From Azolla caroliniana (taxonomy: Eukaryota; Plantae; Polypodiophyta): DNA of 64,000 bases. The notes under the pieces were generated by a model. The model was given only the letters and a program-made list of their open reading frames with translations, had not been told where the DNA came from and searched no databases. This document shows, in pieces, positions 51,932 through 62,647 of the stretch (position 1 is its first letter; the number at the start of each line of letters is the position of its first letter). The position numbers were made by a program, and so were the translations under genes. The DNA is taken from assembly GCA_043228905.1 (NCBI GenBank), contig JBHGNT010000003.1:3100001-3164000 (forward strand), read 5' to 3'.

Positions 51932-53002
51932 TTTGGAAGGTTTGTTCATGTGCAAGGAGATTCCTCAGCACATCCTCTGTTCGGTCATTCACAATTAGCC
52001 GTGGAAGATCAAATTGAAGGTTTGTTTTGTTGTATTTCATCACTAATATGCTGCCTACAATCACCCTAAACTGAATGCCAGCTTTTGAGAGCCAAGATGT
52101 TGTTGGTAGACGATCACCAAAGATAGTTTTCTTTTGAGGTTCTTGTTTCCTCCAGAAAAGATTACATAGTTGTGGGATGCTACATGCATTCATAGCTTCA
52201 CTCCCATTCTTTTGTAATGGCTCCCTACAGACCCAAACATATAGGCAATCAAGTAGATGATTGCAAAGGCGAAAATCGGGAATTTGAAAACTCTCTACAA
52301 ACTCTATAGTAAAACTCTGGATGACAAAGAATGGATCAATTGTTGCAACAACATAAAACAATTCTTGCTGAAGTTCATCACCTTCAATTTTGGATTTCTA
52401 TGGAAATGCTTCAATCAGCTTCTTTAGAAATGGCATGGGAATTTGGTTGCCCATAAAGAACAAATCCCTGGTTGCTTGGTTGAATGTGATGTTATTGTTG
52501 CCGATTTTGCAGAACTAGGTGTGTTCCTCGAGTATGGAAACCCATGGAGTTGGAATAAACCGAAGGAATTCACGAATGACTATGGTATCGACAATGACCG
52601 AAAGTTGGAGGGTCTTAGAATTGTATTTCGGGAAGGTTTGGATAATGATTGTGAAGATCAAAATGGTCATTGAAGGGGTGTTGCATGAGTTCTTCCACAT
52701 CTGATGTGATGTGCTTTCATGAATTTATTCACACATGATGCCTTAACATCATAAAGAACATGGCTCTCACTAAGCATTTCATGCAATGGTCCAATGGTCA
52801 AGATCTAAGGACTATATGATTGTGGCTTGACATCCACTAATGCTTTTGAAGGCTTCGAAATATCCATGAATAGCCGTGTATCATCATCCATAGCATCAGT
52901 GGCCTTATTTATCCTTATTATCATGTCTTTTCTCCATTTTTCTTCTTCAAAAATGGATTCAGATTGATCCATTTGATGAGTAAGCTTGATTTCCTTGTTG
53001 AT
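51932..53002 (-). pseudogene. DUF247 'type A' gene, decayed, 3' end lost at the copia LTR
   Basis: DTIVIREFLRF; GNQIPM; CNHLLDCLYVW; RLPTTSWLSKAGIQF; LRNLLAHEQT; start ATG mutated to ATC. Confidence 0.85.
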
Positions 53003-53049
53003 ATTCTCTTAAACTTCTTCTTTCTTCTTCTCTTGATGCTTTCTTCTTG

Positions 53050-54905
53050 ATATTAAATTTATATTTGTTGGACTAGAAAATAATAAAACAATAAAAACAA
53101 ATAAACAATAATAAATAATAATATTGTGAAATGCACATAAGGAACTCATGCACACCACAATATATATGGTGTCTCATCTAAGAGACACATGAAGAGGCAT
53201 TGTGCCTCATTGGAAAGACACAGACATTGTTGGCAACTACTTGTTGCATCATTGTACACTTTGTTTCATTTGAGTGGAATCAATACAACTAAATCTATAC
53301 AAATTTGTTATATACTCTATTCCTATACTCCTACATGGTATCAGATTAAGGAGTATAATTAAACAATTCCCATTCAAAATCCTGCGCTATCCCTATCTAA
53401 TGTTGATGTGAATCGCCATTTACAGCCATGGCCCATGCATCATCCTCATTGTTTGCTACAACCCTAAATTTTAGAAATAGAAAAGCAAATATCAACAAAC
53501 TTTCAAAGACAAACTATTATGTATGGAGCAGTAGAATGATAATTTTATTTCGACAAACAATAGGAGGAATAGAAGCCAAACCCAATGTTCGTGACCCAAC
53601 ATTTGAAGCACGGGAAGAGAAAGACATAGCAACACAATTGGAGGTTATATCTCACCTTGACGATCAACAAGCCGACACAATTCAAAAATTTGAAACACCA
53701 CATGAAATGTGGACAGATCTACAAAATGAGTTTGAATAAAAAACAGATGGAAATCAAGTTATGACATCAAATATAATTGTAACCCTAAAAATGAAAGACG
53801 ATGATGAAATGGCCAAATTCATTAATACATGGAAGAGAAAACTTCATTGTCTTACAACAAGAGTTGATATCAACCAAAAACTTCAATAATTGTTACTTCT
53901 TGGTGCCCTACCGAATTCTTGGAGTAACTTTGTCACTGCTCAAAATTCAAATCATAATATAAACTTAAATGACTAAATAAACTCCATCCGACAAGAAGAT
54001 GCAATGAGAAAAGTACGCCAACATGATGCCTCTTAAAACACATCAATGATGATAGCATACAAAACAAAGCAAACATTTCATCGTCCACGACCCGACTACA
54101 ACTCAAGATTCATCAAATTTACTCAACCAAAGCAGGAGGTATGAGATTCTCAAATATAATTTGTCATCAATGTCATAAACCAGGTCACACAAGAGACGAA
54201 TGCAACAATAACAAAAAATTTAGAAACAAACCATCACAATATCGGTACAACCACCCATAGTTGAAGATTACCAAGAAGGTGAAGAAAATAAAGATTGCTC
54301 GACCTATTATGATAAAGGATATGATGATGAAGAAGAGGGATATAATGATCTTATCCAATCCTTTTCTGTGGAAGCATTCCTTGTAGGATACAAACTTTAA
54401 CTCAAGAAAATAACACATGGTATTTTGATACTGGAGCTACACACCATTTAACAAACAACAAAGATTGCCTTTCTAACTATACTCCGCTAGCAACACCTGT
54501 CAAAGTCCGTTTTGGGAGCGATGGAACTAAAGAAGCACTAGGAAAAGGAGAGATCAGCTTCAAAATTGCAAATGATAAACAATTAAAATTTGGTAATGTC
54601 TATTTTGTTATTGGAATCACAAAGAAGCTTTTATTTGTCGGACAAGCAACAGAAAGCGGTGCAACCATAGAATTTAAAAGAAACTATGCCCAAATTAAGT
54701 ACACATTACCAAATGGAGAACAAATCAAATATAATTGCAATCAAAGTGAGGGTGGTCGCTACCCTATTCCATACATTCCTACACCCCAAAAGATAGAAGC
54801 ACATATTGCAAAAAGTGAGAGTAATATCGAACAAACAATATTATGGCATCATTGACTCAGGTGCCTAAATGTTCAAGCCATCAAGACACTCCAATTTAAT
54901 AATAT
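53050..54905 (+). mobile_element. Ty1/copia element, 5' part (LTR to 53335, PBS, gag, knuckle, protease, start of integrase region), decayed
   Basis: ..CCTACA|TGGTATCAGA (PBS 53336-53345); KLSKTNYYVWSSRM; CHQCHKPGHTRDEC; WYFDTGATHHLT; LWHH*L. LTR start is approximate. Confidence 0.88.
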
Positions 54906-54947
54906 GTTTAGCCGATAATAACTCTGTCTATGTCTTGTTTTATCTAG

Positions 54948-55930
54948 AAATCATGTCGGGGTAAGAGACCTGGGGAAATTAAGGACATACATGATTTCCC
55001 AACATCCTTTCTTACACATCTTGAAAGGGCTCGAAAAGAGAAGGACCAACGCTTGGTAAAAGTGTTCGATGTGGAAGACGATGACACCTTCAAGAAATTT
55101 AGCCATAAGAAAGACATCATCAGAGATCTCTATTATAATGTTTATTGTGGTGATGTGGTTGACATGATCCAGAAGCTACCAAAGAAAGACTATACGTTAA
55201 TGGTAGCAGATATTCCATACGGTTTCCGTATGGCTGGATCAATTTATGATGACGAACCTTTTAGGTTCAAGTAGTTAGAGAAAATGGTGAAAGATTTCGC
55301 CGAATTGACCACCGTTTCCCTGTGGAGAATTGTGATATTTCATAGCATGGATCTGGGATATTCCGTGGCTCAAGCACCGAGGTCTCGTTGCCATGGAATA
55401 GAGAACCTTGCTTGGTAAGGATTTTATCGAATGCATACGATTTCAATAGGAATTAATCATTTCAATTTGAATTACTTATAACTTCTTTTTTCAATGAGCA
55501 AGATTAAAACCAACGTAAACAGGGGACTAACTTTTCGGTTCGTCAATGCAATGAAATATATAACAGTTGGTTATTATGACGAGATCAAGAAGCAAAGAAT
55601 CAAGGAGCATCGAATGAGGTGGGTTGCTCAAACCTGCTCGTATACCCAGCCGTGACACGTAAGCTAAGACATGTGACCACGACTAAGTGTGGGCTTGTCA
55701 ATCCCTATCAGAAGCCACAACATTTAATGATGCGCCTTGTGGAGATGTTTTCTAACGAAGATGATTGGATATTGGATTTGTTTTCTGGCACAGGTATATT
55801 TTCTATTCATTTTCCCAATGGGTCGAAGGGTTGATTTATACTTTAGACCTATTATTAAAATGTTTATTTCTTTTTAATTGTTTTTAGGTACTACTTCGGC
55901 ATGTGCTTTGAAACTTTTCCGGAACTCTGT
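54948..55930 (+). pseudogene. Spliced beta-class N4-cytosine/N6-adenine DNA methyltransferase (N6_N4_Mtase-like); exons 54948-55414, ~55502-55793, 55888-55930
   Basis: YCGDVVDMIQKL..YTLMVADIPYG (catalytic motif IV variant), W.K, NPYQKPQHLMMRLVEMFSNEDDWILDLFSGTG|TTSACALKLFRN (motif I rebuilt across a GT-AG intron). TAG at 55272, frameshift ~55610. Confidence 0.85.
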
Positions 55931-56349
55931 TGTTACCGGCCGGCAAGGAGTCCAAAATACGGAGTGAAGGAATTAATTAAATATGGTTGTAAATGAGCAT
56001 AGTGGGGACGGACGGACTGGAAACGGTATGCCGTTCCAGATCCGGACGGATCCCGAATAGGTGCGATAGGCACCGTTTTGTACTACGGTTCGGAAACCTA
56101 TTTAAAGGCCCGGACCCCATTGTAATCACAGCGGATAATTAATGGAGCTTATGATGTTTATACTTCTGTCTTGATTTCCGTTCTGTAATTACGGTTATAT
56201 CTTACGCGTGTAATTAACCAAAGCACTCTAATCGTGTAACCTACGTAAGTCGGTGTAAGCGTGGAATCTTAATCCTATGTCGTAATCACCCTTTGGTGAA
56301 GTGTCTCGGTGACACCTTGTGTTAGGCCTTGTCCGGTCAGAGAATAACA
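55931..56349 (+). repeat. 5' LTR (419 bp)
   Basis: TGTTA...TAACA termini; CCTATTTAAAGG TATA-like box at ~56097; PBS follows. Confidence 0.8.
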
Positions 56350-56355
56350 CAGTTT

Positions 56356-56365
56356 TGGCGACCAC
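56356..56365 (+). promoter_or_regulatory. Primer-binding site, probably tRNA-Arg
   Basis: TGGCGACCAC is complementary to ..GTGGTCG-CCA, recalled as the 3' end of plant tRNA-Arg(UCG); lies 6 nt after the LTR. Confidence 0.6.
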
Positions 56366-56400
56366 GATTCCTGCTTTCTCGCAGCGAACGACGGTAATGG

Positions 56401-58371
56401 ATGACTAGACCAACGCACGACTTGGTTACAGACCGAGCTCGACGCCTCGCCGAACGGCAAAGACGGCGTGAGACTTTCCAGCAAGCAGCGCAGGAAATTC
56501 GCTCGGATCGTTCGTTCTCCAACGAGATCCGGAGAGTCGCGGAGGAATCTCTCCGGTTACGGCAAACTCGCGACCAGGACGACGGAAGCAGTCTAAGTAG
56601 TCTCCGGGAAACCGAACGCCTCCTCGAGGCGCTGGCAAGCGGAGAAAACGAGGCAGAAGCCTTTTCAGCCTACGAATCGGATTCCGAAGGGGGATACAGC
56701 GTGCACACGAACTACCGGAGCAGCAACGATACCCCCGGCGGCCCGGAGGACGACGGGTCGGATACCGTGCCGACTCCAGAACCGGAACTGCTCAACCAGG
56801 GCTATCCGGAACCGCAAACGGAAGCCGTCAACCCACCAACACCGGAAGTGGAAGAAGCAAAGCCACCGACACCAACAAAAGAGCCGGCAAAGGTACCGGA
56901 AGAAGAGCCGGCGAAGGAACCGGAAAAAGAACCGGAAAAGGAACCAGAAAAAGCACCGGCAAAAGAACCGGAAGTGGAGCCGGAAAGAAAACCGGAAAGA
57001 TATCAACAAACGCCACTAAACCGCGGCCTAATATTGGACGACGACATGCCGTTCCAATACTCAAAGTATCGCGATGATCCGGACGCGGAAGCGCATGTTC
57101 ATGACTTCGAGCAGACATGGGAAGCAAATCACACGTCCCAGCGAATGACACCGGAGGAAGAAGAACGCTCGAAGATAGCGGAATTCGGAGTCACGTTGGA
57201 GGGACCAGCGACACGATGGCGGCGGACGCAGGACCCGGCGACCATAACAACCTTTGCAGAATTAAAAGCAAAATTCTTGCATTTTTTCCACAAGGAGGTC
57301 GACCAGACGACAATGGTGGGCCTGTTTTATACGATCCGACAGGAAGCAGGGGAAAGCATTCCCCAATTCGTCATCCGTTTCCAACGAATGCATAGCCAGC
57401 TTGCCCGTGCACCCCCGGAGGAGGAATTACGGACGATATTTTTAAACGCACTCCGGGAACCGTTACGCACGGTGTGTACGGTGATCGACTTTCGAGGATG
57501 CACCATCGACCAGGTCATTGACCGGGTCAGAGAAATGGAAAAGTCAAGCTCATGGCTTACACTAGGAGCACTGCAACGGGCGTTACCCACAGATGAAGAT
57601 CTCCGGTTCCGGCAGGCAATTCAATGCACAATCTGCTTGAATGCCGGACACTCGGTAGTGGAGTGCACCATGCGAACCCAGTGTGTGATTTGTCAATCCA
57701 AGAGTCATACAACGGACCGGTGCGAGTATAACCTGTTAAACCGACAAGCACCACCCGTCCGACGGATCGAGCCAAGAAGCAGCCGAGACGAAGATGACGA
57801 TCGTTGGCAAAGAATGAACCGGTACCCACCGGCACAGGACGTCCGGTACGGAGACAGGCAAGAGAATGATGGCCGGTACGGGAATCGGCGTGATAACTAC
57901 GACCGGTATGAGCGATCGGACCGTTATCGGGAGCCCAACAGACGACACGAGCAATACGACAGAGACCATTCCCCTGGTTACCGAAGGCACCAGGAGGACT
58001 ACGGCCGATTTTACGATCCACCACGCCCGGACTACCGAAATAAAAATAAGAATAATAAGAAACGTAATTTCAAGAAAGGTGGTCACACTAGGGACCCGGA
58101 ACAGGGAACCCCAAGGAGCCAACCGGCACAGAACGCACCACTCGCTACGGGACCGACTCCGGATACGAGCAAAGCTGAATCCAGCAATACCCGTAAAGAG
58201 TACTGCTATTACTGCAGGCAGGAAGGCCACTACAGTAACCAGTGCCCGGTAAAGAGCTACGAGAAACGACCAGCAGTTAATATGGTAGTTCCGGAAGTGG
58301 CGGATATACAGCAAGTAACCACACGGTCGAAAGGCATGGCCAAGGAGTGGGAAACACAAGAGGCCATATGA
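56401..58371 (+). CDS. Gag polyprotein (EPxK repeats, retrotransposon gag domain, three CCHC knuckles)
   Basis: FGVTLEGPATRW..IRQEAGESIPQF; CTICLNAGHSVVEC, CVICQSKSHTTDRC, CYYCRQEGHYSNQC. Confidence 0.92.
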   Translation: MTRPTHDLVTDRARRLAERQRRRETFQQAAQEIRSDRSFSNEIRRVAEESLRLRQTRDQDDGSSLSSLRETERLLEALASGENEAEAFSAYESDSEGGYSVHTNYRSSNDTPGGPEDDGSDTVPTPEPELLNQGYPEPQTEAVNPPTPEVEEAKPPTPTKEPAKVPEEEPAKEPEKEPEKEPEKAPAKEPEVEPERKPERYQQTPLNRGLILDDDMPFQYSKYRDDPDAEAHVHDFEQTWEANHTSQRMTPEEEERSKIAEFGVTLEGPATRWRRTQDPATITTFAELKAKFLHFFHKEVDQTTMVGLFYTIRQEAGESIPQFVIRFQRMHSQLARAPPEEELRTIFLNALREPLRTVCTVIDFRGCTIDQVIDRVREMEKSSSWLTLGALQRALPTDEDLRFRQAIQCTICLNAGHSVVECTMRTQCVICQSKSHTTDRCEYNLLNRQAPPVRRIEPRSSRDEDDDRWQRMNRYPPAQDVRYGDRQENDGRYGNRRDNYDRYERSDRYREPNRRHEQYDRDHSPGYRRHQEDYGRFYDPPRPDYRNKNKNNKKRNFKKGGHTRDPEQGTPRSQPAQNAPLATGPTPDTSKAESSNTRKEYCYYCRQEGHYSNQCPVKSYEKRPAVNMVVPEVADIQQVTTRSKGMAKEWETQEAI

Positions 58372-61300
58372 AAACAGGCGACGGAATGGGTGAAGGAAGC
58401 CAATGAAAGGAACGTCGCGGACACGGAACGGCAAAAAGCGAATACCATAGGGAGTGTCGGCGCTGGCCACCCAGAAAACGAGACCTGGCAAGCACTGCAA
58501 GAATGTCAGATCACGTTGCCATTAGGAAGACTCTTACAGCTCGTGCCGCGATTTACGGAAGGGCTAAAAACGGTCATGACAGACGCTATAGCCCCACCGG
58601 CACCAGTGCTTTTCTCGAATCCGGAGGAGGGACCGACGGTGGTGGACACTAGTAGTCCGGTGATTACAGCTATTGTCAAAGGGCACGAACTTCCCGGCAC
58701 CGTAATCGATGGAGGTTCCGGAGTGAACGTAATAAGCCTCCGCACGTGTGATGCCTTGGGTATACATGAATGGGAGCCATGTCCGTTCTGGTTACGGATG
58801 GCGGATACGAGCTCTGTACGGCCGACGGGCTTAATACGGAAATTGGAGGTCACCATAGGAGGTCACACATTTCAGATCTCGGCTGTAGTGCTGCAGCTAC
58901 AGGCGCAAGGCGTGTATCCGCTGTTGCTGGGCAGACCATGGTTGAAAACAGCACACATCAAGCAAAATTGGCGGAAAAATATGATTACCTTCCGGCGCGG
59001 AAAAGCCAAGGTCCGGGTACCGACACATCCACGGACGAGCAACGGTAAGGAATGCACACCGTTGTATGCGGAATGCGTGAACATGCTTGAAGGATTGGCA
59101 GACGACGAAGAAGCCCAGTACTTAGAGGAACACCCGAAGATCGTACCACTCTTCGAGATTGACGTAGCTGAAGCCGTAGCGCCATACTTGCCGCAGCGGG
59201 ACGACACCGAAGCCGAACCAGACAAAGATGCGATTCGGGAATTACGGCAAGCACAGGAAGCATTGGAACGGGAAATGGCCGTTTCCCAACGGGTAAAAAC
59301 ATCCCAGCTCGACGAAGTGAACCTAGGAAGCAAGGACGAATCAAAGCCGGTACACATCGCCAAAGAAATGAAGCCGGAAGATAAAGCGGCAATGATCAAA
59401 CTCCTCACAGAGTTTCGCGACGTATTCGCCTGGTCCTACGAAGACATGCGAGGGCTAGACCCTCAATTATATCAGCATCAGATCCACTTAGGCAAGGACG
59501 CGAAACCAGTGGCGCAAAGACGTTACCGAATGAACCCCAACTACGCCGCCAAAGTGAAGGAGGAAATCGACAAACTCCTAAGAGTGGGCTTCATCCGGCC
59601 GGTAAAGAAAGCGACGTGGCTGAGCCCCATCGTCGTCGTCCCAAAGAAGAACGGTAAAATCCGTGTGTGTGTAGATTACCGGAAACTAAATGCAGCCACA
59701 ATTACGGATGCATTCCCTCTTCCGTTCACGGATGGAGTACTGGATGCCGTCGCCGGCCATGAAGTTTATAGTTTTTTAGACGGCTTCAGCGGATACAATC
59801 AAATCCGGATGCACCCCGACGACCAGGAGAAGACAGCGTTCGTCACCGAATGGGGGGTGTTTGTGGCCGAAGTAATGATGTTCGGCCTAAAAACGGCACC
59901 AGCAACTTTCCAGCGAATCATCATGGAGGTCTTCGGCGAATACATTCCAGCCTTCATGCAGGTTTTCCTGGATGATTTTGCAGTCTATAGCCGGGGAAAA
60001 GACCATTTGCAGCACCTACGGTTATGCCTTGAAAAGTGTAGGTTATACCGGCTAAGCTTAAACCCAGCAAAATGCATCTTTGGAGTTTCAAGTGGAATAT
60101 TGCTGGGACACATTGTAAGTAAGGAGGGCATTGCGGTCGACCCGGACAAAGTAAACGCGATACTAGGGGCACCGGCGCCGAAAACGGCCAAAGCACTAAG
60201 CCGATTCTTAGGACAGATCCGGTGGCACAGCCGGATGCTCCGTCACTTGGCTGACTTGGCTACACCATTACACACCGCGGTACATCGGACACCGTTCCAA
60301 TGGACGGATACGGAGGATAAGGCATACAATGCCCTGAAGGTTCTTTTGTCGCAAGCACCCGTCGTGCAGCCTCCGGATTGGAGCAAGGAGTTTCATGTGT
60401 TCGTGGACGCTTCCGAGATCGCTATCGGCAGCGCCTTAATGCAACTTACGGAGCCTAAATGGTACCGGCCGGTATATTACGCCAGCCGGAAGCTGTCCCA
60501 AGCGGAGAAGAACTATTCAACGACGGAACGGGAGGCCCTGGGCATGATTTACAGTGTAACAAAGTTTCGTCATTACCTATTGGGAAGGAAGTTCTCCTTT
60601 CATGTGGATCACTCGGCGCTCCTGTACTTAGTATCCAAGGCGTCCCTGACCGGTAAGTTGGCCCGTTGGACCTTGCTGTTGCAGGAGTTCGAATTCGAGA
60701 TCTTCCACAGGCCCGGTATCCAGCATGCCGTAGCAGACTACCTGAGCCGGTTAGAGTCCGGAGAATCAGGCGACGGAGCAGCGGATGAATTCCCGGACGC
60801 AGAGTTATTCCATATCACCCCGGAAACGGCAGCGGACGACACGGTGGCATCAGAAGATAGGTGGCTAACAAACATGCACCAGTTCCTAAGCACGGGCCTG
60901 CCACCGGAGGAAATGAACCGGGACGAGAGGAAACGACTGGCGGTGCAGAGCCGCAATTTCTGTCTGTTACGGGACACTCTCTACCACAAAGGAGCAGATG
61001 GAATATGGAGACGGGCAGTCCGTAGTGACGAGAAACAAGTAATCTTACGGGAAGCACACTGTGGGGTTGCCGGAGGACACTATGCCGGGGAAGCGACGGC
61101 AAGAAAAATATGGCAGAGCGGCTTATGGTGGCCCACGACGTTAAAAGACGCCGTCAAGTATGCTAAGGAATGTGACCTATGCCAACGAATGGGCCAGCCT
61201 ACGGAGCAAGCACGGATGCCACACCAACCGGTACTTCCACTAGAGCCATTCCAAAAGTGGGGGTTGGATTTTGTTGGACCGTTCAAGCCACCGGCAATGA

Positions 61301-62271
61301 GAACGGGTAATCGTTATGTCATCGTGGCAACGGATTATTGCACCAAATGGGTGGAGGCTAAGGCCTTGAGAGACAATACCGCGTCATCCACAGCAAAATT
61401 CCTGTACGAGAACATTTGGTGCCGATATGGATGTCCGATTGAATTAATCAGCGACCAAGGAGGGCACTTCCTCGGCCAGGTCGTGGAAAGCTTAACAACG
61501 TTCTATGCCGTGGTCCATAAACGGAGCACACCGTACTACCCACAAGCGAACGGGTTAGCAGAGTCCACCAACAAAACGCTGCAGAACATTCTCCGCAAAA
61601 TCGTCAATGAAAACCGGACGGACTGGGATACAAAGCTCCATAGCGCGCTATGGGCGTACCGAACGGCATACAAAACAAGTATCCGGACAACGCCGTTCCG
61701 GTTAGCATTCGGCTTAGAAGCGGTCATGCCGGTGGAATTTCAGGTACCAAGCTTACGGATCCAACTACGGGAACGGCTGAATGAAAAGAAGTCGGAGGAA
61801 ATGCGGCTAGCAGCACTATGCGAACTGGAGGAGCAACGGCTGGCCAGCATCCTACACATGGAACTGGAGCAACGACGACGGAAAGCGTTCGTTGACCGTC
61901 ACCGGAAAGGTAATGAAAAGATGTTCGAAATCGGAAAGCCGGTGCTAGTATTCCAAACGAGGATGGGTAAAATGCCGGGTAAACTCCGGTTCAGATGGAC
62001 AGGCCCGTATTGGCTGACACGGGAATACAACGGGTCCTATCAGATAGGGACACTTGCCGGTGAAGTACTAGGCAAGTGGGTGAACGGATTTAGACTAAAG
62101 CCCTATAAAGGACCGATGCCAAAGAACCCGTTTATGCAGACCACCGGCACTATACCGGGAACGGTACGGATGGAAGAAAAAGACAACGGGGAACCCGTAG
62201 CAGAGGTGAAGGAAGAGACGGCAAACCGTAAGGAAAACGGTAAGGGTCCGAAGGGACCTACGGATGTGTAA
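58372..62271 (+). CDS. Pol polyprotein (protease, RT, RNase H, integrase), in frame with gag behind a single TGA
   Basis: VIDGGSGVN; VCVDYRKLN..FLDGFSGYNQ..FLDDF; VFVDAS..EREAL..HVDH; H..GHY..CDLCQ, WGLDFVGP, SDQG, NGLAE; WTGPY..VNGFRLKPY. Confidence 0.95.
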   Translation, partial: KQATEWVKEANERNVADTERQKANTIGSVGAGHPENETWQALQECQITLPLGRLLQLVPRFTEGLKTVMTDAIAPPAPVLFSNPEEGPTVVDTSSPVITAIVKGHELPGTVIDGGSGVNVISLRTCDALGIHEWEPCPFWLRMADTSSVRPTGLIRKLEVTIGGHTFQISAVVLQLQAQGVYPLLLGRPWLKTAHIKQNWRKNMITFRRGKAKVRVPTHPRTSNGKECTPLYAECVNMLEGLADDEEAQYLEEHPKIVPLFEIDVAEAVAPYLPQRDDTEAEPDKDAIRELRQAQEALEREMAVSQRVKTSQLDEVNLGSKDESKPVHIAKEMKPEDKAAMIKLLTEFRDVFAWSYEDMRGLDPQLYQHQIHLGKDAKPVAQRRYRMNPNYAAKVKEEIDKLLRVGFIRPVKKATWLSPIVVVPKKNGKIRVCVDYRKLNAATITDAFPLPFTDGVLDAVAGHEVYSFLDGFSGYNQIRMHPDDQEKTAFVTEWGVFVAEVMMFGLKTAPATFQRIIMEVFGEYIPAFMQVFLDDFAVYSRGKDHLQHLRLCLEKCRLYRLSLNPAKCIFGVSSGILLGHIVSKEGIAVDPDKVNAILGAPAPKTAKALSRFLGQIRWHSRMLRHLADLATPLHTAVHRTPFQWTDTEDKAYNALKVLLSQAPVVQPPDWSKEFHVFVDASEIAIGSALMQLTEPKWYRPVYYASRKLSQAEKNYSTTEREALGMIYSVTKFRHYLLGRKFSFHVDHSALLYLVSKASLTGKLARWTLLLQEFEFEIFHRPGIQHAVADYLSRLESGESGDGAADEFPDAELFHITPETAADDTVASEDRWLTNMHQFLSTGLPPEEMNRDERKRLAVQSRNFCLLRDTLYHKGADGIWRRAVRSDEKQVILREAHCGVAGGHYAGEATARKIWQSGLWWPTTLKDAVKYAKECDLCQRMGQPTEQARMPHQPVLPLEPFQKWGLDFVGPFKPPAMRTGNRYVIVATDYCTKWVEAKALRDNTASSTAKFLYENIWCRYGCPIELISDQGGHFLGQVVESLTTFYAVVHKRSTPYYPQANGLAESTNKTLQNILRKIVNENRTDWDTKLHSALWAYRTAYKTSIRTTPFRLAFGLEAVMPVEFQVPSLRIQLRERLNEKKSEEMRLAALCELEEQRLASILHMELEQRRRKAFVDRHRKGNEKMFEIGKPVLVFQTRMGKMPGKLRFRWTGPYWLTREYNGSYQIGTLAGEVLGKWVNGFRLKPYKGPMPKNPFMQTTGTIPGTVRMEEKDNGEPVAEVKEETANRKENGKGPKGPTDV

Positions 62272-62647
62272 GGTCACATACCGTCATTAAAATAAATAAA
62301 TAAATAAATAAATAAAGAAATCATTAAAAATCGAGGTGTGAACGGACGTGAAAGCAAGGAGCGAAAAGGTACGAAGTGGGCATTTAAGAGCCGCCACGCT
62401 ACTTAATACTAAATTGGTACACGACGTGTGCATGCTCGAAAAAGGCGCCAAAACGCACAAAGAAGAAGCAGAACGCATGGAGACCTTTTCATTTCGCGAG
62501 CCAAGAAGCACAGAAGCACCAAGGCAGTGGAAGCTGAGCAAACGCGAACCTGCACGCAAAGAACCCCCACGTTCGGAACGCTCTCTTTCTCGCTCTCACT
62601 CTCATCACCACTCTACCTCGCCATCTTCCCTCGACCTCGAAGCAGAC

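Noticed and set aside
54948-55930. Bacterial contamination or a restriction-modification operon
   Set aside because: GT-AG introns interrupt conserved motifs, the flanks are plant LTR elements, and no endonuclease partner is visible.
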